Under the pieces are notes generated by a model. The model was given only the letters and a program-made list of their open reading frames with translations. It did not search any database and was not told the origin of the DNA. Below are positions 24,636-32,000 of a stretch of DNA of 32,000 bases, one piece after another (positions within the stretch are counted from its first letter, which is position 1; every line of letters starts with the position of its first letter). This stretch comes from Haloferax volcanii DS2. GTDB taxonomy: Archaea; Halobacteriota; Halobacteria; Halobacteriales; Haloferacaceae. Where the stretch lies: NCBI RefSeq assembly GCF_000025685.1, contig NC_013964.1, positions 300,001 to 332,000 of the forward strand. The letters are read 5' to 3'. The translations under genes and the position numbers were made by a program.

Positions 24636-25424
24636 TCACCGACCGCCGCGCTCCCCGTCGAACAGTTCGGCGAAGACCTTCCGGTGGGCCGCCCGGAGGT
24701 GTTGGGTGAACGTCGACCGCGAGACGCCGATGGCCTCGGCGACTTCGGCGGCGCTCCGGCGTTTCGGGCGCTCGAAGTAGCCCGTCCGGTACGCGACTTC
24801 GAGCGACTCGCGCTGTCGGTCGGTGAGGCCGGCCAGCACGCTCGCGCCGATATCGGACTCGACGGTCCGGTAGCTCCGCGCGGTCGTAGCCGGTGAGCGT
24901 CGTCGCCGCCTCGTTGACGAGGACGACGCCGCCGTCGCGGGCGACGAAGATGGCGTCGCGGACGTTCTCGACGAGCGTCCGGTAGCGCGCCTCGCTCTCG
25001 GCAAGCGCGCGCTCGGTCCGGTGCTTGTCGACGGCCGTTCGGACGCGTGTGGCGAGCGCCGCGGCGCTGTCTCCGAGCTCGTCTTGACGATGTAGTCGTT
25101 CGCGCCGGCCGACAGCGCGCTGCTGGCGAGTCCCTCGTTGCTAGCGCCGGTAAAGAGGAGAAACGGGATGTCCGGTCGGTGCTCGCGGACCTCGGAAAGC
25201 AGCTCGATGCCCGTCCGACCGGGCATGTAGTAGTCGCTGACGACGCGCTCCACGTCGTCGGTGAGGCGGTCGAGTGCGCCCTCTGGACTGTTGGCCTCCC
25301 GAACGTCGAAGTCGGGGGCCTCCTCGCGGAGTCGCTGCACGACGAGCGCCAGCCAGTCGCGGTTATCGTCGACGAGGAGGACCGTGACGGGGTCCGCACT
25401 CGTCTCGTCTGTCGTCTCGGTCAC
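24636..25424 (-). CDS. Response regulator (REC) fused to a Bat-type HTH_10 DNA-binding domain; the middle segment is read out of its ancestral frame
   Basis: Track ORF 24636..25502; probable GTG start at 25424 (MTETTDETSADPVTVLLVDDN), with ATG 25502 as the alternative. REC: VLLVDDN...VVSDYYMPGRTG...LFTGAS...ANDYIVK. HTH: LTDRQRESLEVAYRTGYFERPKRRSAAEVAEAIGVSRSTFTQHLRAAHRKV. Residues between them are R/S/P/T-rich in the open frame. The -1 frame of 25080-24872 reads DELGDSAAALATRVRTAVDKHRTERALAESEARYRTLVENVRDAIFVARDGGVVLVNEAATTLTGYDRAEL, a linker plus the start of a PAS domain. Confidence 0.75.
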   Translation of the reverse strand: MTETTDETSADPVTVLLVDDNRDWLALVVQRLREEAPDFDVREANSPEGALDRLTDDVERVVSDYYMPGRTGIELLSEVREHRPDIPFLLFTGASNEGLASSALSAGANDYIVKTSSETAPRRSPHASERPSTSTGPSARLPRARRATGRSSRTSATPSSSPATAASSSSTRRRRRSPATTARSYRTVESDIGASVLAGLTDRQRESLEVAYRTGYFERPKRRSAAEVAEAIGVSRSTFTQHLRAAHRKVFAELFDGERGGR

Positions 25425-25628
25425 GGCGGTTCGGCCGTCCGTGGCACATCGACCGGCATAAGCTGTTCGGGTGACGGGTCCGGGCGGCGGCCTGAGAAAC
25501 ATGGAATGTTCGTTTGGTTTGCGCCGACAGCGACGGGAATAATCGCTCGCAAACAGACACCTCTAAATACCAGAGCGGGCACAGAACACGCACCGATGGA
25601 CGCGAGCAGCGGTCGGGCCCGGTGAGAG

Positions 25629-27335
25629 ATGGACTGGCAGTACACCGTTTTGGTCCTTCCGACCCTCTTTGCGATGAGTACCGCGGTCCTACTCGGGGCG
25701 TACAGCCTCCGGCACATGCAGGCCCACGGGCAGTCGTCCGAGCTCGTTACCTTCTTCGCCGTGAACGTCGGACTCGCCCTCTGGACCGGGTTTGCGGCGC
25801 TCAAACTCCTGCAGACCGACCCGGCGCTGAAGCTGCTTTTCTACCGGTTTCTCTACTTCGGCGTCGCGCCGCTCGGCGCGCTCGCGTTCCTCTTTACGCT
25901 CCTCCACACCGACCGGATCAGCCGAATCACGCCCGGACTGGTCGCGGCGGTCATGACCGTGCCGGCCGTCTTTCTGGCGGTCCTGTTTGCGAATCCGAAC
26001 GGCCTCGCCATCGAGGCGACGCGCCTCGTCGAGACGAACGGTCTCGTCGTCCTGCGGGTCGACGTCGGTCTCGGTCACGTCGTGTTGCAGTTGCTCTACA
26101 ACGCGGTGCTCTCCGTGCTGGCTATCGTGCTCATCCTCTACGAAGCGGCCCGACTGGGTCGAACGTACATCCCGCAGGCGGTGTTGGTGAGCGTCGGTCT
26201 CGCCGCCCCGTTCGTCTTCGTCGCGTGCAGTTCGCTCGGGATCCCGCCGTTCAACAGCGACGGCGTGAACCTCGTTCCGACCTCGGCCGCAGTCACCTCC
26301 GCGGCCATCGGCATCGCGCTCTTTCGCTACCGGTTTCTCGACTTGCCGCCCATCGCCTACACGACCGCGATGGAGGAGTCGCCCGACGGCGTGTTCGTCC
26401 TCGACGCGGACAAGCGAATCGTCCACGTCAACACCCGCGGTGCGGCGCTCTTAGAGCGCTTCGGCGCGGCCGTCGGCGACCCGGTCACCGCGGTCTCGCC
26501 GGACCTCGACCTGACGACGGAACAAAACGACAGCATCGAAACCACCCGAGAGGGCGGCGAAGCGGTGTATCTCAGCGCCCGCTCCCAGCGACTCGAACGG
26601 GGCGACCAGACCGTCGGGTGGGTCATCGTCCTCCGCGACGTGACCGAGTTACACCGCCAGAAACAGACGATTCTCTCCCAAAACGAGAAGCTCACGCTCC
26701 TCAATCAGATCGTCCGCCACGACATCCGAAACGACATGGCCGTCATCCTCGGCAACGCGCAACTGGTCGAGGAGTCGGTCGACGACGAGGCGCTGCGCGA
26801 GCGCCTCGACACGATAATCAGGAACGGCGAGCACGCCACCGAACTCACGGTGAACGTCCGGAACCTCATGGCGACGATGCTCGACGACGAGGAGACGAAC
26901 CGGCCGACGACGCTCGCCGGACCGCTGTGGGCCGAGGCGAGCGCGGTTCGCGACGGAACGTCCGAGGCCGCGGTCTCGCTCCCCGGCGAGCCGCCGGACG
27001 TGACCGTCGTCGCCGACGACATGCTGGGGACCGTCTTCCGCAACCTCCTCACGAACGCGGTGCGGCACAACGACGCCGACCGGGCCGAAATCGACGTGTC
27101 GGTCGAGGTCCGCGACGACGACGCGCTCGTCCGCATCGCCGACAACGGACCGGGCATCCCCGACGACCGAAAAGAGGTGGTGTTCGGCCGCGGCGAAAAG
27201 GGGCTCGAAAGCCCCGGCACCGGCCTCGGCCTCTACCTCGTCGACACCATCGTCAGCGGCTACGGCGGCGACGTGTGGGTCGAGGACAACGAGCCCCGCG
27301 GCGCGGTCTTCGTCGTCCGCCTGCGGAAGGCCTGA
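25629..27335 (+). CDS. Sensor histidine kinase with N-terminal 7TM sensor domain, PAS domain and HisKA/HATPase core
   Basis: 568-aa ORF. About 7 N-terminal hydrophobic helices, a PAS-like segment (ESPDGVFVLDADKRIVHVNTRGAALL...WVIVLRDVTE), the phospho-acceptor region LLNQIVRHDIRNDM, and ATPase N/G boxes (FRNLLTNAVRHN, DNGPGIP, GTGLGLYLV). Confidence 0.9.
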   Translation: MDWQYTVLVLPTLFAMSTAVLLGAYSLRHMQAHGQSSELVTFFAVNVGLALWTGFAALKLLQTDPALKLLFYRFLYFGVAPLGALAFLFTLLHTDRISRITPGLVAAVMTVPAVFLAVLFANPNGLAIEATRLVETNGLVVLRVDVGLGHVVLQLLYNAVLSVLAIVLILYEAARLGRTYIPQAVLVSVGLAAPFVFVACSSLGIPPFNSDGVNLVPTSAAVTSAAIGIALFRYRFLDLPPIAYTTAMEESPDGVFVLDADKRIVHVNTRGAALLERFGAAVGDPVTAVSPDLDLTTEQNDSIETTREGGEAVYLSARSQRLERGDQTVGWVIVLRDVTELHRQKQTILSQNEKLTLLNQIVRHDIRNDMAVILGNAQLVEESVDDEALRERLDTIIRNGEHATELTVNVRNLMATMLDDEETNRPTTLAGPLWAEASAVRDGTSEAAVSLPGEPPDVTVVADDMLGTVFRNLLTNAVRHNDADRAEIDVSVEVRDDDALVRIADNGPGIPDDRKEVVFGRGEKGLESPGTGLGLYLVDTIVSGYGGDVWVEDNEPRGAVFVVRLRKA

Positions 27336-27392
27336 GAGCGGGACGACCGCGCGCCCAAACACTCAAAAAGTCAGCACGTCGATAGGAAGGCG

Positions 27393-27758
27393 ATGCCCTC
27401 CACCGTTCTGCCCGCCGGCGTCAGCCGGTGGCGAGTGGCCGTGCTCGCGGCCGTCGCCGCCGTCCTCGTCGGTCTGGCGACGCTCACCGACGAGCCGGTC
27501 GGCCCAGTGTTCGCCGCCATGGGTCTGCTCACGCTCGTCTACATGGCGGCCGGTGCGGTCGATACCGTCCGTGAACACCCCGCCTTCCCGCTCGCTTCCG
27601 CGGTGTACACGACGTTCCTGTTCGCCGGCGGATACGTCAGCGGCGCGCTGTCGAATCTCCTGTGGGCCGTTCTCGCGGTTCTTTCGGCATTCGGCGTCGT
27701 GGTCGAGGCGTACAACTACCGGCACGGAACGAGCTATCTCCGGTTGGATTTCGAATGA
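27393..27758 (+). CDS. Small membrane protein (121 aa, about 3-4 TM), function unknown
   Basis: ORF with hydrophobic helices (WRVAVLAAVAAVLVGLATL, VFAAMGLLTLVYMAAGAV, LLWAVLAVLSAFGVVV). Good third-position bias. Its stop overlaps the next start (ATGA at 27755-27758). Confidence 0.6.
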   Translation: MPSTVLPAGVSRWRVAVLAAVAAVLVGLATLTDEPVGPVFAAMGLLTLVYMAAGAVDTVREHPAFPLASAVYTTFLFAGGYVSGALSNLLWAVLAVLSAFGVVVEAYNYRHGTSYLRLDFE

Positions 27759-28153
27759 CGGGACCGAGCGAGACCGCCGTTTCAGGGGCGATAGCCGCCA
27801 CGTCGGTCTTCGTGGGACTTGCCGTTGCCTTCGGTGGCCCGCAGGTCAACCTCGCGGCCGGCGTCGTCTGGACCGTTGCGACGGGCATGGTGCTCCTGCA
27901 TCTCCGCGGGAAAGTCCGCGACGCTCGGAGCGACGAGTCGCCCGAACCGGGACCGCTCCTGCGTCTGGCCGAAATCGATTACGACCCGCGGTACGACCGC
28001 TATCTCGGTGTCCTCCTGTTCGCCCTCGGTATCGCGGCGTTCGCGGCGCTCCTCGTCGTCGACCCGTCCGGTTGGAACGCGTTGTTCCTCGTCGACGTCG
28101 GGAACTGCTGTCTGATTGCCGCGCTCGGGGCGGTCGCGCTCTCCGATAGATAG
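27755..28153 (+). CDS. Small membrane protein (132 aa, about 4 TM), function unknown
   Basis: Tail of track ORF 27662..28153, starting at ATG 27755 (MTGPSETAVSGAIAATSVFVGLAVAFGG...). Translationally coupled to the preceding ORF. Confidence 0.6.
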   Translation: MTGPSETAVSGAIAATSVFVGLAVAFGGPQVNLAAGVVWTVATGMVLLHLRGKVRDARSDESPEPGPLLRLAEIDYDPRYDRYLGVLLFALGIAAFAALLVVDPSGWNALFLVDVGNCCLIAALGAVALSDR

Positions 28154-28408
28154 TGCGAAAATCGGAAGGACCACGTCGCAGTCCGCTGGTTTTCGAGGCG
28201 TCGGCCAAAAAGACTACTTAGGGAGCTGGCAATTTCCACATGTCCGCACGACGCTGTCTGGTCGGCGGACAGGTGACATATCTGCACAGACAGGCGGCCC
28301 ATCCCGTGCCAACGGTACTCCGACCCTGCCCCCTCGGACTGCCGCCCGATGGTCCGCCCCTACATTTCTACCCGGTCATCGTCGTTCAGCGAGCGACCGG
28401 CCTGCGAC

Positions 28409-29380
28409 TCAGTCGCGTCCCGGAGCCGCGCCCCCGGCGAGACCAGCCACGCGGGACCCGAGTTCGTCGTAGACGCGGACGACCGTACCGCGGAGCGACT
28501 CCGTCGCGAGGACGGCGAAGCCGGTGAAGATAGTCGCGAAGCCGACGACGGTGAGCGTCGAAATCGACTCGCCGAGGAGCGCCGTCCCCCCGAGCGTCGC
28601 GACGATGGGCACGGCGTAGAAGACGAGGTTGCCGCGAATCGGCCCCACGTCGTCGAGGAAGCCGAAGTAGGTGAGGTAGGCCACCGCGCCGGCGAAGACG
28701 CCGACGTAGGCGAGCGCGACGAGCGCCGTCGGAGACCACGTAGCCGCGGCGAGCGACTCGCCGGAAGCGACGCTCATGCCGTGGGTGAGCGCCGCGCTGA
28801 CGGGGAGCGCCCACGCCGTGCGGACGGTGCTCGAAAGCGACGTGTCGGCCCAGCGGATGAGCACGGTCCCGAGCGCGCCGCTGACCGCGCCGAGGAAGAC
28901 GACGCCCTTCCAGAGCGCCTCGCCGTCGAGCAGGTTCGCGGGGTCGACGCCGACGACGAGGCCGACGCCGAGCAGGCCGATGAGCATCCCGAGCACGCCC
29001 CGGGTGGAGAGGCGCTCATCCGCGAGAAGCGCCATGGCGAACACGGGCGTCAGAATCGGGTTGAGGCTGAAGATAATCGACCCGACGCCGCTGGAGACGT
29101 GCTCCTGCCCCACGAACAGGAGGGCGTTGGCGAGGCCGATGACGAACACGCCGGTGGCGAGGATGCCGACCACGTCGCGGACCGACCGCGGGAGCAGTTC
29201 GGCGCGGGAGCGGGTGGCGACGACGTAGCCGACGAGCAGCACCGCCGCGATGTCGAACCGGAGCGCGACGAACAAAAGCGGCGGCAGGTAGTCGAGACCC
29301 GCCTTCGCGGCGACGAACGTCCCGCCGAAGAAGAACGCCGTCAGCACGAACAGGACGAGCCGCCGGCGCGTCGCCGTCAC
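28409..29380 (-). CDS. EamA/DMT-superfamily transporter
   Basis: C-terminal 323 codons of track ORF 28409..29929, with a GTG start at 29380 (MTATRRRLVLFVLTAFFFGGTFVAAKAGL...). About 10 TM helices with a duplicated EamA architecture. The upstream extension is antisense to the next gene. Confidence 0.85.
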   Translation of the reverse strand: MTATRRRLVLFVLTAFFFGGTFVAAKAGLDYLPPLLFVALRFDIAAVLLVGYVVATRSRAELLPRSVRDVVGILATGVFVIGLANALLFVGQEHVSSGVGSIIFSLNPILTPVFAMALLADERLSTRGVLGMLIGLLGVGLVVGVDPANLLDGEALWKGVVFLGAVSGALGTVLIRWADTSLSSTVRTAWALPVSAALTHGMSVASGESLAAATWSPTALVALAYVGVFAGAVAYLTYFGFLDDVGPIRGNLVFYAVPIVATLGGTALLGESISTLTVVGFATIFTGFAVLATESLRGTVVRVYDELGSRVAGLAGGAAPGRD

Positions 29381-29463
29381 CGTCCCACACCTCCGAGCGA
29401 GAGACCGAACGCAGAGTGAAGTGAACGCATCTTGGATACACGTACGACTCCCCCGCGTATAGT

Positions 29464-29479
29464 TTGATTCAGAAATCAA
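29464..29479. promoter_or_regulatory. Palindrome ttgatt-caga-aatcaa in a divergent promoter region (candidate operator)
   Basis: A 6-4-6 inverted repeat in the 199-nt region between the EamA transporter and the wHTH regulator genes. Confidence 0.25.
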
Positions 29480-29579
29480 TTCACGGCAAGAAAAGTCCGC
29501 GGCGGTCGAGCATGATTCATGGTGTGAAATGATTTCGAGACGCGAAAGAAGTTTAATCGAGCGCGCACAACGTCGCCGC

Positions 29580-30368
29580 ATGGAGTCGGCATTAGACGAA
29601 ATCGAATTCCTCGCGCTCTCGCAGAACCGCGTCGACGCGCTCAGATACCTCGCCGAGCGGCCGCACTCCAGACGCGAACTCGTCGAGCGAACCGGGGCGT
29701 CGCAGCCGACGATGGGGCGGATTCTCAGCGACTTCGAAGACCGGTCGTGGCTCGTCCGCGAGGACGGCGCGTACCGGGCGACGGTGACGGGCGAACTCGT
29801 CTCGCGGGGCTTCGACGACCTCGTCGACATCCTCGACACCGACGCCAAACTCCGGCCGGTCGTCGAGTGGCTCCCGACCGACGCCATCACGTTCGACCTC
29901 GAACACCTGACCGAGGCGACGATTACCACGCCGAGTCAGGTCCGGCCGAACGCCCCCGTCAAGCGCGCCGTGTCCCTCCTGAGCGAGGCCGAAGACGTGC
30001 GCATCTTCTCCTACGCGTTCAACGAGCAGAACCTCGACATCGTCAGGGAGCGGACCGCCGCCGGCGACCAGCGGTTCGAAGGCGTCTTCTCGTCGGACGC
30101 CATCGACGCGCTCGCCCACGACTCCCAACTGCGCGAACAGCTCCGCGACCTCCTCGACGCCGACGCGGCCGCCGTCCGCATCACCGACGAGCCGATTCCG
30201 ATGGCGGCGACCATCGCAGACTCGACGGTCCACCTGTTCCTCCGCGACGACAGCGGCATCCTCCAAGCCTCTATCGACGTGACCGAACCGGAGGTGCTCA
30301 CGTGGGCCGACGAGCTGTTCGAGCGCTACTGGGAGGCGGCGGAACCGCTCGACCTCGACCGACTCTGA
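29580..30368 (+). CDS. Winged-helix transcriptional regulator with C-terminal DUF1724-like domain (ArsR-like/FilR1-type)
   Basis: Track ORF 29529..30368; the ATG at 29580 (MESALDEIEFLALSQNRVDALRYLAERPHSRRELVERTGASQPTMGRILSDFEDRSWL) is preferred. N-terminal wHTH, then an acidic domain of about 170 aa typical of this archaeal regulator class. Confidence 0.8.
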   Translation: MESALDEIEFLALSQNRVDALRYLAERPHSRRELVERTGASQPTMGRILSDFEDRSWLVREDGAYRATVTGELVSRGFDDLVDILDTDAKLRPVVEWLPTDAITFDLEHLTEATITTPSQVRPNAPVKRAVSLLSEAEDVRIFSYAFNEQNLDIVRERTAAGDQRFEGVFSSDAIDALAHDSQLREQLRDLLDADAAAVRITDEPIPMAATIADSTVHLFLRDDSGILQASIDVTEPEVLTWADELFERYWEAAEPLDLDRL

Positions 30369-30467
30369 AAGCGGGTATCACGACCGACCGCGTCGTCGCC
30401 CCGTCAACCGACTCACGAGACATATCGGCGGCCTGCGAGATGCCAGCAGATGCCCTCGTCCCACCCG

Positions 30468-30629
30468 TCAGTCGAGTTCGTCGAACGAGTCGACCTCGTC
30501 CCAGCAGGAACACGGCAGGTCGTCCAGAGAGGTGACTTCGTCCGGGAGGCTGGTGATGGGAATCCCGGACCCGGCCTCGTCGCAGTCCTGTTGATGAACG
30601 CTGAAGTCGTCGCTGGACATCGTGTACAT
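30468..30629 (-). CDS. Small acidic Cys-containing protein (53 aa), not in the supplied ORF track
   Basis: Manual translation: MYTMSSDDFSVHQQDCDEAGSGIPITSLPDEVTSLDDLPCSCWDEVDSFDELD, then TGA. Acidic with high G/C third-position bias. An AT-rich box (minus strand gtttcaatgaa) lies about 30 nt upstream. Confidence 0.4.
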   Translation of the reverse strand: MYTMSSDDFSVHQQDCDEAGSGIPITSLPDEVTSLDDLPCSCWDEVDSFDELD

Positions 30630-30696
30630 GGTCAGCACGCCCTGTTCGCCGGCTTCATTGAAACAAGTTGCGAGTGTGGCAGCCGAGCGCGGGGCG

Positions 30697-31314
30697 TCAG
30701 AGAACCCGGAAGACGCGAACCGTGTCGCGCTTGCCCGGTTCGCAGAGCAGTTGGGCGAGGCCGAACTCGGAGAACTCGTCCTTCCAGTTGCGGTGATACA
30801 GCGGGAAGTCGTCGTTGACGTAGCTCACCTCGGAGCCGGAGCGCCCGCGCGTCGGGCCGTTGCCCTCGTTTTCGGCGGTTATCACGAGGTCCGAGGAGAC
30901 GCGGGCGATTTCCTCGAACACCCACGTGTCGTCGGGGTGGACGTGCTGGAGCGTCTCGACGGAGTAGATGACGTCGAACTTGTCGTCGGGGAAGTCGGGG
31001 AGCAGGTCCTCGATTGCGCCGGTGAGGAACGTGCCGGTATCGACGAGTTCGGGGAAGTACTCGGCCATCACCTCGAAGGAGTCGTCGTTGATGTCGATGC
31101 CGGTGATGTCCTCGTAGCCGCGGTCGTGGAGGTGCGCGAGGTGGCGACCGGAGCTACATCCGAGTTCGAGAATCGACGCGTCCTCCGCCGCGTAGTGCTC
31201 GAACACGGTCGCGAGCGTCTCGCTGACCTCGTTCGGGCCGATTTGGGCGTAGTACTCCGGCGAGAAGTCGCCGGAACGCTCGGCCCATCCGCGGTGGTTG
31301 TCGTCTGCGTCCAT
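30697..31314 (-). CDS. Class I SAM-dependent methyltransferase
   Basis: 205-aa ORF. Motif I ILELGCSSGRHL, post-I DITGIDIN and FDVIYSVETLQHV. Confidence 0.85.
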   Translation of the reverse strand: MDADDNHRGWAERSGDFSPEYYAQIGPNEVSETLATVFEHYAAEDASILELGCSSGRHLAHLHDRGYEDITGIDINDDSFEVMAEYFPELVDTGTFLTGAIEDLLPDFPDDKFDVIYSVETLQHVHPDDTWVFEEIARVSSDLVITAENEGNGPTRGRSGSEVSYVNDDFPLYHRNWKDEFSEFGLAQLLCEPGKRDTVRVFRVL

Positions 31315-31413
31315 ACCCCGAGTAGCGAGCGGGCGGGTAAATGTTCCGCGGAGTGTGCGCCACCGGGACGGAACGCGATTGGGGTCCGAAAAGTCGGTGA
31401 CTGCACGTCAGTC

Positions 31414-31565
31414 GGGTGCGCTGGAGGGCACAGAGGGTGCGTGCTGGAGGGCACGTCGGGGAGGTGTGCGTCAAGGGGACCGAACGTGAAGGGTGCGTCA
31501 GGGGGGATTCGGCTGTCCCGCGAAGGGACAGGGAGCGAGTGTGTCGTGGGGGGCTGGAGGGGTGA
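31414..31565 (+). repeat. G-rich degenerate tandem repeats (core GGGTGCG..GGAGGG) with an embedded hairpin
   Basis: gggtgcgctggagggcac (31414-31431) and gggtgcgtgctggagggcac (31435-31454) differ only by a 2-nt insertion. Degenerate copies follow: gtgtgcgtcaaggggac, gggtgcgtcaggggggatt and gtgtgtcgtggggggctggagggg. Hairpin ctgtccc(gcgaa)gggacag at 31513-31531. Confidence 0.7.
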
Positions 31566-31658
31566 GCGCCGCCGCGGGCACGAGCAGTCGGGTGTACCAG
31601 TCGAGCGTGCCGTGCCTCGCTCGCGGCGCGTGCGCCACCGGGTCGTCGACCGCGGTCG

Positions 31659-31859
31659 TTACGCCGAGTCCTCGGTCGTCGTCCCGACACCACCGGTCTC
31701 GGCTGTCGTCTCGGTACCGCCGACCGCGGGTTCGCCGTCCGTGCCGTTCGTACCGTTCACGGGACCATCACCACCGCCCGTGTCCGTACAGCCGGCGAGT
31801 GCGACGGTCGCTACCGCGACGCCGACACCGAACTGCCGTCGAGTGAGCGTTTCGCGCAT
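31659..31859 (-). CDS. Small Tat-type lipoprotein (66 aa), low-complexity G/T-rich mature part
   Basis: Tail of track ORF 31659..31988, starting at ATG 31859: MRETLTRRQFGVGVAVATVALAGCTDTGGGDG.... It has a twin-arginine motif (TRRQF) and a lipobox (LAGC). A TATA-like attatcat box lies about 30 nt upstream. Confidence 0.55.
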   Translation of the reverse strand: MRETLTRRQFGVGVAVATVALAGCTDTGGGDGPVNGTNGTDGEPAVGGTETTAETGGVGTTTEDSA

Positions 31860-31930
31860 CGCAGTCAGCAGTCTCGCTCGGCGGATGATAATGGGGGAGA
31901 GTCGTCCCGACCGTTCCCCCTTTGAACAAC

Positions 31931-31960
31931 CGTTTCGAGTGACTGTTTCGACCGTTTCAG
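31931..31960 (-). promoter_or_regulatory. Three phased GAAAC(G/A)G repeats upstream of the lipoprotein gene
   Basis: Minus strand ctGAAACGgtcGAAACAgtcactcGAAACGg with repeat spacing of about 9-13 nt, located 70-100 nt upstream of ATG 31859. Confidence 0.3.
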
Positions 31961-32000
31961 TCGGATTAACGGAACGTTCGCCAGCCAACCGAGGGCCGAT

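Noticed and set aside
23090-24639. Plus ORFs 23090..24157 and 23193..24497, and minus ORF 23365..24639
   Set aside because: Arg/Ser/Gly-rich shadow frames over the TasA-like locus. Coding signal (acidic residues, G/C third positions) is found only in the three segments described for the pseudogene.
25514-27385. 623-aa plus ORF overlapping the histidine kinase in another frame
   Set aside because: Very Arg-rich product without motifs. The 25629..27335 frame has TM helices, PAS and H, N and G boxes.
29381-29929. N-terminal extension of track ORF 28409..29929
   Set aside because: It runs antisense through the wHTH regulator gene and its promoter region and is Ser/Arg/Cys-rich. The EamA transporter most plausibly starts at GTG 29380.
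1-32000. Search for CRISPR repeats, IS elements/transposases, integrases, rRNA and tRNA genes
   Set aside because: I saw no regularly spaced direct repeats with spacers, no terminal inverted repeats flanking a transposase-like ORF, and no recombinase-like ORF. No rRNA-like conserved blocks or tRNA T-arm signatures were seen on either strand.

Overview
GC-rich window (about two-thirds G+C by eye). The proteins are strongly acidic, several starts are GTG, and AT-rich boxes sit about 25-30 nt upstream of many start codons (leaderless-type). All of this fits a halophilic archaeon (class Halobacteria); the genus cannot be determined from the sequence. I found no rRNA, tRNA, CRISPR array, transposase or integrase. 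Positions 500-21700 are packed with amino-compound metabolism genes. These are an IMPase-family phosphatase, an IclR regulator, an aldehyde:ferredoxin oxidoreductase, an EctB/Dat/DoeD-like class-III aminotransferase plus RidA, a BCCT osmolyte transporter, a lysine-aminotransferase-like enzyme, an M20 amidohydrolase translationally coupled to a threonine-dehydratase-like enzyme, a D-2-hydroxyacid dehydrogenase plus a 1048-aa FAD/Fe-S oxidase, a creatinase/ectoine-hydrolase-like M24 enzyme plus glutamate dehydrogenase, and an LLM flavin oxidoreductase. My main hypothesis is that this is a haloarchaeal catabolic island for an ectoine/diaminobutyrate-type compatible solute, assembled partly from non-orthologous enzymes. 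This is inference, not shown. Positions 22100-28200 hold a surface-protein and two-component locus: a TasA/camelysin-like secreted protein, a REC-HTH regulator, a 7TM sensor kinase and two small membrane proteins. It carries four reading-frame changes within about 1.1 kb. The TasA-like gene is split over three frame segments. The regulator keeps an open frame only through a compensated double frameshift across a truncated PAS remnant. The right end has an EamA transporter, a DUF1724-type wHTH regulator, a SAM methyltransferase, two very small ORFs and G-rich degenerate repeats. Many long ORFs in the supplied track are antisense or off-frame shadow ORFs caused by the high GC content, and I rejected them.
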